Below are positions 10,077-19,951 of a stretch of 32,000 nt of DNA, in pieces. Source of the DNA: Dickeya dadantii NCPPB 898 (lineage in GTDB: Bacteria; Pseudomonadota; Gammaproteobacteria; Enterobacterales; Enterobacteriaceae). The stretch spans positions 4,362,380 through 4,394,379 of the forward strand of contig NZ_CM001976.1 of the NCBI RefSeq assembly GCF_000406145.1, read 5' to 3'. The position numbers and the translations under genes were made by a program. The notes below the pieces were generated by a model. It searched no databases. It saw only the letters and a list, made by a program, of their open reading frames with translations, and was not told the DNA's origin. Position 1 is the first letter of the stretch. Each line of letters opens with the position of its first letter.

Positions 10077-10107
10077 GGTAACCGGCCGGCATGAACGGCC
10101 GGTTACC
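10077..10107 (+). terminator. Stem-loop downstream of igaA (possible terminator or attenuator)
   Basis: ggtaaccggccg-gcatgaa-cggccggttacc forms a 12-bp perfect stem, but no T-run follows. Confidence 0.4.
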
Positions 10108-10215
10108 TCAAACGGCGAGTGCGATCGGCCGCGTTTAGCGGTTATGCTACGCTGATAACATTGACGGTCCCGCTTCCGGCCTAACCGGAAACGGGGCATA
10201 TGTCCTGGAGTGTGC

Positions 10216-10920
10216 ATGAATCCCGAACTGAACTGGAATGAGATCGATACCGTCCTGCTGGATATGGACGGCACGCTGCTTGACCTGGCGTTCGACAGCT
10301 ATTTTTGGCTGCAACTGGTGCCGGAATCCCTGAGCCGTCAGCGCAATATCAGCCTGGATCAGGCTCAGCAATTGATCACCACGGAATATCAGGCGGTGCG
10401 CCATACCCTGAACTGGTATTGCTTTGATTACTGGAGCGACCGGTTGGGACTGGATATCTACCAGATGACTAGCGATATCGGCCACCGCGCCCGCCTGCGG
10501 GACGATACTACGCCGTTTCTGCATGCGCTGCGCGCAAGCGGCCGCCGAACTATTTTACTAACCAACGCCCATCCGCACAGCCTGTCGGTCAAGGTAGCTC
10601 ACACCGGGCTTGATCGGCACCTTGATTTATTACTTTCCACCCATACTTATGGGTATCCCAAAGAAGATCAGCGACTATGGCGGTCCGTTCAGGCGGAAAC
10701 CGGGTTTAACCCGGCGCGTACGCTGTTTGTGGATGACAACGAGCCCATACTGGATGCCGCCAGAACGTTTGGCATTCGTTATTGTCTGGGCGTCAGTAAT
10801 CCTGATTCGACCTGCCGGCAGGAAACCCGCTTCCGGCAGCACCCGTCGATGAACGACTATCTGGCGTTGCTCCCGGGCATCCACCAGTCGGTTCCCGTCG
10901 GCAATCAGGAGTGTTCATGA
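10216..10920 (+). CDS. yrfG: GMP/IMP nucleotidase YrfG (HAD superfamily)
   Basis: HAD motif I is present (VLLDMDGTLLDLAFD), and NWYCFDYWSDRLGLDI and LLSTHTYGYPKEDQRLW match E. coli YrfG. The ATG at 10216 is preceded by GGAG. Confidence 0.9.
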   Translation: MNPELNWNEIDTVLLDMDGTLLDLAFDSYFWLQLVPESLSRQRNISLDQAQQLITTEYQAVRHTLNWYCFDYWSDRLGLDIYQMTSDIGHRARLRDDTTPFLHALRASGRRTILLTNAHPHSLSVKVAHTGLDRHLDLLLSTHTYGYPKEDQRLWRSVQAETGFNPARTLFVDDNEPILDAARTFGIRYCLGVSNPDSTCRQETRFRQHPSMNDYLALLPGIHQSVPVGNQECS

Positions 10921-11330
10921 GCAAAGACAGCCAGCATGACGATGACAATGCGGTCCGGTTGGACAAGTGGCTATGGGCGGCGCGTTTTTACAAAACCCGC
11001 GCACTGGCGCGCGAGATGATCGACGGCGGCAAAGTGCACTATAACGGCCAGCGCAGCAAGCCCGGCAAGCTGGTAGAGCTGGATGCCGAAATCACGCTGC
11101 GTCAGGGCAATGACGCGCGCACGGTGATTGTCCGCGCCCTCAGCGCACAACGGCGCCCGGCCGCACAGGCCCAGGCGCTGTATGAAGAGACGCAGCAGAG
11201 CATTGAAAAGCGCGAAAAACTGGCGCAAGCCAGAAAACTGAACGCCCTGTCGATGCCTCACCCGGACCGGCGGCCGGATAAAAAAGAGCGCCGGGATTTA
11301 ATCAAATTTAAATACAGTGACGCGGAATGA
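10917..11330 (+). CDS. hslR: Ribosome-associated heat shock protein Hsp15
   Basis: S4-like RNA-binding motif VRLDKWLWAARFYKTRALAREMIDGGKVHYNGQRSKP. The ATG at 10917 overlaps the yrfG stop (ATGA). Confidence 0.92.
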   Translation: MSKDSQHDDDNAVRLDKWLWAARFYKTRALAREMIDGGKVHYNGQRSKPGKLVELDAEITLRQGNDARTVIVRALSAQRRPAAQAQALYEETQQSIEKREKLAQARKLNALSMPHPDRRPDKKERRDLIKFKYSDAE

Positions 11331-11541
11331 GAGCCTGGCCCACCAAGCGTAATTGGCGCAGCCAGTTTGGACACGGACAGCGCGCAGACAACATGCAACG
11401 CATGTTGAACGGACAAAGCACTTTGTCCGGCCCAACGGGCGAGCGCAGCGAGTAACCCGGAGCGTACACGGAGTACGTGAGGATTTCGAGCACTGCCCAG
11501 GTCCAAAATGGCAAGTAAAATAGCCTTGGCGGGCCAGGCTC
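11331..11541. repeat. ERIC/IRU-like imperfect palindromic intergenic element (MITE-like), 211 bp
   Basis: Terminal inverted repeats gagcctggcccaccaagc (11331-11348) and gccttggcgggccaggctc (11523-11541) match about 16/18. Internal arms also pair (cagtttggacacggacagcgc vs the reverse complement cattttggacctgggcagtgc), and there is a central hairpin ggacaaag-cac-tttgtcc. The segment ccggagcgtacacggagtacgtgag resembles the ERIC core CCAGGAGCTTACATAAGTAAGTGA as I recall it. Confidence 0.6.
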
Positions 11542-11569
11542 TAAGCCGCCCTCACCACGAGAGAACATT

Positions 11570-12442
11570 ATGGCCAACCATGACCAATTGCACCGTTATC
11601 TGTTCGAAAACCACGCCGTTCGCGGCGAACTGGTAACGGTAAGCGACACCTTCCAGCAGATGCTGACCAACCACGACTACCCCGTGCCGGTAAAAAACCT
11701 GCTGGGTGAAATGCTGGTCGCCACCAGCCTGTTAACCGCCACGCTGAAATTCAGCGGCGACATCACCGTGCAGTTGCAAGGCGACGGCCCGCTGAAACTG
11801 GCGGTGATTAACGGCAACCATCAACAGCAGATGCGCGGCGTCGCCCGCCTGCAGGGCGACATCGCCGCCGACAGTTCGCTGCACGACATGGTGGGCAACG
11901 GCTATCTGGTGATCACCATTACCCCGACCGAGGGCGAGCGCTATCAGGGCGTGGTGGGGCTGGACGGCGACAATGTGGCCGCCTGTCTGGAAAACTATTT
12001 CCAGCAGTCCGAGCAGTTGCCGACGCGCCTGTTCATCCGCACCGGCGAACATGACGGCCGCCAGTGCGCCGCCGGGATGCTGCTGCAGGTGCTGCCCGCG
12101 CAGCACGGCAACCGCGAGGACTTCGACCACCTGACCCAGTTGACCGCCACCGTCAAGGGCGAAGAGCTGTTCGGTCTGCCGGCCGACGAGGTGCTTTATC
12201 GTCTGTACCATCAGGAAAACGTCACGCTGTATGAACCGCAGCCGGTGGCGTTCCAGTGCCACTGCTCGCGGGAACGCTGCGCTGACGCGCTGATGACCCT
12301 GCCGGCGGACGAGGTCAGCGACATTCTGGGGCAGGACGGGCAAATCGATATGCACTGCGACTATTGCGGCAGCCATTATCTGTTCAGCGTGCAGGACATT
12401 GCCGACCTTCGTCAGTCCGGCGCCGAACCGACCCTGCACTGA
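11570..12442 (+). CDS. hslO: Redox-regulated chaperone Hsp33
   Basis: 290 aa. N-terminus [19 protein letters not shown], and a C-terminal zinc centre CxC...CxxC ([10 protein letters not shown] ... HCDYCGSHY). Confidence 0.95.
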   Translation: MANHDQLHRYLFENHAVRGELVTVSDTFQQMLTNHDYPVPVKNLLGEMLVATSLLTATLKFSGDITVQLQGDGPLKLAVINGNHQQQMRGVARLQGDIAADSSLHDMVGNGYLVITITPTEGERYQGVVGLDGDNVAACLENYFQQSEQLPTRLFIRTGEHDGRQCAAGMLLQVLPAQHGNREDFDHLTQLTATVKGEELFGLPADEVLYRLYHQENVTLYEPQPVAFQCHCSRERCADALMTLPADEVSDILGQDGQIDMHCDYCGSHYLFSVQDIADLRQSGAEPTLH

Positions 12443-12477
12443 TTCCTCGTTTTAGCGGCTCGCCTGCGGGCTGTTGA

Positions 12478-12495
12478 GGCTGTTGACAAACAGCC
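12478..12495 (+). terminator. Weak hairpin after hslO (possible terminator)
   Basis: ggctgtt-gaca-aacagcc is followed by atgttgtctt. It is preceded by a 9-bp tandem duplicate ggctgttga (12469-12486). Confidence 0.3.
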
Positions 12496-12664
12496 ATGTT
12501 GTCTTACGAACGATGAATTTTGTCTGGTCAGTGAATAGTTTCGTGCGGGATAAACGGTGTCGTTTCTCTGCCTTTCCATCGCACGCACGACAAGGAGAGG
12601 TTCAAACGCCACCTCTCCTTGACCACTGGCTGGTGGCTAAATTATGAACCCTGACGGGTTCACC

Positions 12665-12844
12665 CTTGCGGGCCAGCGCAAGCGCTGTTCCATTTTGCGT
12701 TGCAAAATGGTGTGCCGCTGACGCGGTCCCTTCGGCGTTCGCCTTCGCTGTTCGGGCCGCTCGTGACGTGATTACTCGCCCCATCCCTGGGGCTCGCCCT
12801 ACGGGCCAGCGTAAACGCTGTTCAAAAACGCTCCCGGCGTTTTT
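12665..12844 (+). repeat. Two copies of a ~45-nt module (palindrome CAGCGY-AA-RCGCTG plus a downstream hairpin) in the hslO-pckA spacer
   Basis: Copy A (12665-12710) is cttgcgggccagcgcaagcgctgttc followed by ccattttgc-gtt-gcaaaatgg. Copy B (12798-12844) is cctacgggccagcgtaaacgctgttc followed by aaaaacgc-tcccg-gcgttttt. The palindromes differ by a compensatory change. Confidence 0.6.
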
Positions 12845-12970
12845 GTCCGGCACGGCACGGGCTTTCGCAGCATCCATGCCGCTCACCCGGCGAAGTCGCT
12901 CACCTCAGCACAGTTTTAACGCCGGAAAAAACCTTCATTTTGCACTTATAGGGTTTGTCAGCAATCTGAG

Positions 12971-13000
12971 CGGCCCGCCTGCGGGCCGATTCTCGTTTTT
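12971..13000 (+). terminator. Rho-independent terminator about 530 nt downstream of hslO, upstream of the pckA promoter region
   Basis: cggcccgc-ct-gcgggccg forms an 8-bp GC stem, followed by attctcgttttt. Confidence 0.6.
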
Positions 13001-13203
13001 CAGAGCGATTGAACCACAAGCAACCGCCCGTTCTCTCACCGGATTATTTCGCTTACATAACAACCATTTGCTTACTTTTTATTCACATGTATAAGCAAAG
13101 TTATTAATGAATTTATTTAATTTTTTGATTGTTATCGCGGTTAAAATAAGCTCACCTTCTAGACTTACTACCAGTACGACTATAACGATCTAGGAGTAGC
13201 AAC

Positions 13204-14823
13204 ATGCAGATAAAAGGCATTACGCCAGAAGCACTGACGGCTTATGGCATTCATGATGTCCGCGAAATTGTCTACAACCCAAGCTACGATTTACTTTTTA
13301 CTGAAGAAACATCCCCTACCCTACAAGGCTATGAACGCGGTATCGAAACCCAGTTGGGCGCCGTTTCCGTTGATACCGGCATTTTCACCGGCCGCTCCCC
13401 GAAGGATAAGTACATCGTCCGCGACGATGTGACCCGCGACACCGTGTGGTGGTCCGATCAGGGCAAAGGCAAAAACGACAACCATCCGCTCAGCCAGGAA
13501 ACCTGGCAACACCTGAAACAGCTGGTCACCCGCCAGTTATCAGGTAAACGCGTGTTTGTCGTTGATGCTTTCTGCGGCGCCAACGCCGACACACGTCTGA
13601 AGGTTCGTTTCATCACCGAAGTCGCCTGGCAGGCGCACTTCGTGAAAAACATGTTTATCCGCCCCAGCGATGAGGAGTTACAGGGTTTCGAGCCGGATTT
13701 CATCGTGATGAACGGCGCGAAATGCACCAACCCGCAGTGGCAGGAACAAGGACTGAACTCGGAAAACTTCGTGGCCTTCAACCTGACTGAGCGCATCCAG
13801 CTCATCGGCGGCACCTGGTACGGCGGCGAAATGAAGAAAGGTCTGTTCTCCATCATGAACTACCTGCTGCCGCTCAAGGGCATCGCGTCCATGCACTGCT
13901 CGGCCAACGTGGGCGAAAAAGGTGATGTGGCGGTGTTCTTCGGCCTGTCCGGCACCGGCAAAACCACGCTGTCCACCGACCCGAAACGGCAGTTGATCGG
14001 CGATGACGAACACGGCTGGGACGACGACGGCGTGTTCAACTTTGAAGGCGGCTGCTACGCGAAAACCATCAATCTGTCCGCTGAAGCGGAGCCGGATATT
14101 TATCACGCTATCCGCCGCGACGCGCTGCTGGAAAACGTGACTGTGCTGGCGGATGGCCGCGTGGATTTCAGCGACGGCTCCAAAACCGAAAACACCCGCG
14201 TGTCCTACCCGATCTATCACATCGATAACATCGTCAAGCCGGTTTCCAAAGCCGGGCACGCCACCAAGGTGATTTTCCTGACCGCCGATGCCTTCGGCGT
14301 GCTGCCGCCGGTGTCCCGCCTGACCGCAGACCAGACCCAGTACCACTTCCTGTCCGGCTTTACCGCCAAACTGGCGGGCACCGAACGCGGCGTGACCGAA
14401 CCGACGCCAACCTTCTCCGCCTGCTTCGGCGCGGCGTTCCTGACGCTGCACCCGACGCAGTACGCCGAAGTGCTGGTGAAGCGCATGCAGGCGGCGGGCG
14501 CCAAAGCCTATCTGGTCAACACCGGCTGGAACGGCACCGGCAAGCGTATCTCCATCAAGGACACGCGCGGCATTATCGACGCGATCCTCAATGGCAGCAT
14601 TGACGACGCCGAAACCCAGACGCTGCCGATCTTCGATCTGTCGATCCCGACCGCGCTGCCGGGCGTGGATCCGGCGATTCTGGATCCGCGCGACACCTAC
14701 GCCGATCCGGCGCAGTGGGAAGAGAAGGCGCACGATCTGGCGCAGCGCTTTATCACCAATTTCGACAAGTACACCGACACCCCTGCCGGTGCGGCGCTGG
14801 TTTCCGCCGGTCCGAAACAATAA
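13204..14823 (+). CDS. pckA: Phosphoenolpyruvate carboxykinase (ATP)
   Basis: 539 aa with the kinase-1a motif [13 protein letters not shown] and near-colinear identity to E. coli PckA. An AGGAG SD lies upstream of the ATG at 13204. Confidence 0.97.
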   Translation: MQIKGITPEALTAYGIHDVREIVYNPSYDLLFTEETSPTLQGYERGIETQLGAVSVDTGIFTGRSPKDKYIVRDDVTRDTVWWSDQGKGKNDNHPLSQETWQHLKQLVTRQLSGKRVFVVDAFCGANADTRLKVRFITEVAWQAHFVKNMFIRPSDEELQGFEPDFIVMNGAKCTNPQWQEQGLNSENFVAFNLTERIQLIGGTWYGGEMKKGLFSIMNYLLPLKGIASMHCSANVGEKGDVAVFFGLSGTGKTTLSTDPKRQLIGDDEHGWDDDGVFNFEGGCYAKTINLSAEAEPDIYHAIRRDALLENVTVLADGRVDFSDGSKTENTRVSYPIYHIDNIVKPVSKAGHATKVIFLTADAFGVLPPVSRLTADQTQYHFLSGFTAKLAGTERGVTEPTPTFSACFGAAFLTLHPTQYAEVLVKRMQAAGAKAYLVNTGWNGTGKRISIKDTRGIIDAILNGSIDDAETQTLPIFDLSIPTALPGVDPAILDPRDTYADPAQWEEKAHDLAQRFITNFDKYTDTPAGAALVSAGPKQ

Positions 14824-14869
14824 TGACGGCAACGCGCTGCCATTCCCCCGGCAGCGCCCGACCGACAGC

Positions 14870-14900
14870 AAAAAGGCGCGATGAACGCGCCTTTTTCTTT
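14870..14900. terminator. Bidirectional rho-independent terminator between convergent pckA and envZ
   Basis: AAAAA-GGCGCG-atgaa-CGCGCC-TTTTTcttt. It is almost identical to the terminator at 6842-6872. Confidence 0.8.
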
Positions 14901-14936
14901 GCTATTTTTTTGCCGTGTTGCCGGCGGCGCACGCCG

Positions 14937-17056
<2,120 letters not shown>

Positions 17057-17326
17057 CTCTCTTCTCCAAAGACGTGATAGCCGCCAGCGCTTGGCTTTAT
17101 TACGAAGCACAATCTGATATTGTTCAGAAACCGGCAATGAACTGACAGTCGTTTCTGGTATATATTCTAGGCAAAATTGTTACAAAGGATATAAAAATAC
17201 GGTGTAATCAAACCGTTCCTGTCGCTGAGTACTGCAAATCACGCCACAAATGACGATTTATCCGCTATGTTATCTCACAGCCAACGATTATAACGATTTT
17301 ATGATCCTTACATTTCAGAAAAGCGT

Positions 17327-17827
17327 ATGAAAACCGATCTGATCACGCGCGAAGGCTATGAAGCCCTGCATCAGGAACTCAATTATCTGTGGAAGGAACG
17401 CCGCCCGGAAATCACCGAGAAGGTGGCCTGGGCCGCCAGCCTGGGCGATCGCAGCGAAAACGCCGATTACCTCTACAATAAGCGCCTGCTGCGTGAAATC
17501 GACCGCCGGGTGCGCTATCTGCGTAAACGCCTGCAAGTGGTGCGGGTGGTGGATTACTCTCCCCAGCAGGACGGCAAGGTATTTTTCGGCGCCTGGGTCG
17601 AGGTGGAAAACGAAGACGGCGATGTGAAACGATTTCGGATCGTCGGGCCGGATGAAATTTACGGCCGCAAGGATTACATCTCGATTGACGCCCCGATGGC
17701 GCGCGCGCTGCTGAAAAAAGCGGTGGATGAAGAAGCGGTGGTCAATACGCCAACCGGTCCAAAGGTCTGGTACGTCAATAAAATCGACTATCGCAACCCC
17801 ATCGGCTATCGCAACCCTATCGACTGA
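17327..17827 (+). CDS. greB: Transcription elongation factor GreB
   Basis: MKTDLITREGYEALHQELNYLWKERRPEITEKVAWAASLGDRSENADY matches E. coli GreB. The C-terminus is about 8 aa longer because of an in-frame 18-bp tandem duplication. Confidence 0.95.
   Translation: MKTDLITREGYEALHQELNYLWKERRPEITEKVAWAASLGDRSENADYLYNKRLLREIDRRVRYLRKRLQVVRVVDYSPQQDGKVFFGAWVEVENEDGDVKRFRIVGPDEIYGRKDYISIDAPMARALLKKAVDEEAVVNTPTGPKVWYVNKIDYRNPIGYRNPID
17788..17823 (+). repeat. 18-bp in-frame tandem duplication at the greB 3' end (YRNPIG/YRNPID)
   Basis: ctatcgcaaccccatcgg (17788-17805) and ctatcgcaaccctatcga (17806-17823) are 16/18 identical, followed immediately by the stop codon. Confidence 0.85.
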
Positions 17828-18042
17828 CCTCCCCGACGCCCGTTATACCGGCGGGCGCACTCCCGGTAGCGCCTGCTGCGTTCGCCTTTCCCAGATGCCA
17901 TATATCAAATCGTGTTTCAATTAGTAATATTTATTCTTTTTATGATATATAAATTCTCTATTTTACATATTTATTCTTACTTTGACATAAAGATGTCATT
18001 TCCCTCCCTTACCGTGGCCTCGATGATTACGGAGGGCCGTTT

Positions 18043-19750
18043 ATGTTTAGCCTGGATAACCTATTACAAGAACTTGCTCCACATCGTTCCACTCCGACCT
18101 GGCAGCGTTCATTGCTGCGTAGCTTGTTATTCGAGAATGAATTTCAGCAATTCGCCCAGCGTTACCCTCATCTCAAAGGACTGGACTTGGTGGAACAGGT
18201 TCTGGATCACTTCAGCCTTAATTGTGAAATGGTGGAAGGCGATCTGGAAAACATTCCCAGCCGGGGGCCGGTGGTGCTGGTCGCCAACCATCCGATCGGT
18301 TCGCTGGATGGACTGGCGCTGCTGCGCACCGTCGCCAGCGTACGTCCGGATGTGCGTGTCGTCGCCAGCCAATTACTTTCCTATATCGAACCACTGAAAA
18401 ACCTGTTTTTTTCGGTAGATAACTTTAGCAACCGCACCCGGCGCCACCAGCTCGCCGCCATTCAGGAACACCTGGCCGGCGATGGCGCGATCATCATGTT
18501 CCCTGCCGGCGAAGTCTCCCGCATGAGCCTGAAAGGCATACGGGACGGCCACTGGCATAGCGGTTTTATCCGCATGGCCGCCAAAGCGCGCGCGCCGATT
18601 GTGCCGATTCATATCAGCGGTCGTAACAGCAACCTGTTCTACCTGTCGTCGTTGATCTATCGCCCGCTGTCCACCCTGTTGCTGGTGCGGGAAATGTTTC
18701 GTCAGCGCGGCAACCGGCTGCGTTTTCGCATCGGCGCACAAATCCCCTATCCAACCTGGAGCCAGGGCGAGTGGCAACCCAACGATCTGGCCGCCCGCTT
18801 TCGCCGCCATGTCTACCGTTTAGGACAAGGCAAACCTGGCTGTTTTAACGGCGACAAGCCGATTGCGTTACCGGAAGAACGCACGCTGCTGAAACGGGCA
18901 TTGGAAACGTGCGAAGCACTCGGTACCACGCCGGACGGCAAGAAAATTTATCTCTATCGCCGCGGCAGCGAAGATTACGTCCCCATCTTGCGTGAGCTGG
19001 GACGTCTGCGGGAAATCGCGTTTTGCGCCGTCGGCGAAGGCTCCGGCAAACGCCGCGACCTCGACAGCTTCGACGACGATTATCTGCATCTGGTGCTATG
19101 GGACGACCGTGAACTGGAAATCGTCGGCGCCTATCGGTTTGCGCCGACGGCGCGCCTGCTGGCGGAAAAAGACATCAGCGGTCTGTACAGTCATAGCCTG
19201 TTTCAATACGGCGAAGAGATGGCCCCGGTGCTGGCCAGCGGAATCGAGTTGGGCCGCAGCTTTATCCAGGGGCAAACGCGGCCTGGACTACCTGTGGCTG
19301 TGTATCGGCGCCTATCTGGCGCGTTATCCGGAATACCGCTATCTGTTCGGCCCGGTATCCTTATCCGGCTCATTGCCGTCGCCGGCGCGGGATCTGCTGA
19401 TCGCCTTCTACCGGTTGCACTTCGCGCCCAGTCAGGCGCTGGCCCGTTCACGCCGGCCCTACCCGGCCTCGCTGCCGGAAGTCCTGAGACAATTCGAGGG
19501 CGACGACTATCAACAGGATTTGACGCGCCTGAAAAGTATGCTCAGCAATATGGGGTGCTCCATTCCCACGCTGTATAAGCAGTACTCGGAGCTGTGTGAA
19601 CCGGGCGGCGTGCAGTTTATCGACTTCGGCCTCGATCCGGACTTCAACAACTGCGTCGATGGCCTGGTACTGGTGGATTTACAGCAACTGAAAGCCTCTC
19701 GCCATCAGCGCTACATCGCGCCGTTCTGCAACGAGGAAAATGTTCAGTAA
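18043..19750 (+). pseudogene. Two-domain lipid acyltransferase (N-terminal PlsC-type acyltransferase plus C-terminal hemolysin-like GNAT N-acyltransferase; OlsF-like), with the reading frame broken at 19267-19273
   Basis: Frame 1 (18043-) carries VLVANHPIGSLDGLALL and FPAGEVSR, then LVLWDDRELEIVGAYRF and IELGRSFIQ. Homology continues in frame 2 as GKRGLDYLWLCIGAYLARYPEYRYLFGPVSLSG through to the stop at 19750. The junction CAG-G-GGC lies in a G4 run. A sequencing error cannot be excluded. Confidence 0.65.
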
Positions 19751-19803
19751 CTAGACATAGTGGTCAGTAACTAGACATAGTGCTCAGTAACGAGGTATAG
19801 CGC
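19744..19803 (+). repeat. 20-bp tandem repeat x3 starting on the acyltransferase stop codon
   Basis: tcagtaactagacatagtgg (19744-19763), tcagtaactagacatagtgc (19764-19783, 19/20 vs copy 1) and tcagtaacgaggtatagcgc (19784-19803, 16/20 vs copy 2). Each copy repeats CAG TAA. Confidence 0.9.
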
Positions 19804-19951
19804 TCGGCGGCACCGGCACCAGTCGGGCCGCCTCAAACCCTCCGTTTGTCTGACTGGCATTTTGCGCCGTCAATCCGTATAACTGTCCCCCAGTCATTTA
19901 TCCTTTCAACATTCATTATCTCGCTAATAAAACTATCTTGCTGATAACACT

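Noticed and set aside
12666-13094. 142-aa + strand ORF (and a 94-aa - strand ORF) in the hslO-pckA spacer
   Set aside because: Non-ATG start, no SD, and an Ala/Arg/Ser-rich translation. It runs through several hairpins and a terminator. The region is better explained as structured non-coding DNA.
17912-18397. 161-aa ORF starting in the AT-rich region upstream of the acyltransferase
   Set aside because: It overlaps the well-supported acyltransferase 5' end in another frame. The translation is hydrophobic and low-complexity, arising from AT-rich promoter DNA.
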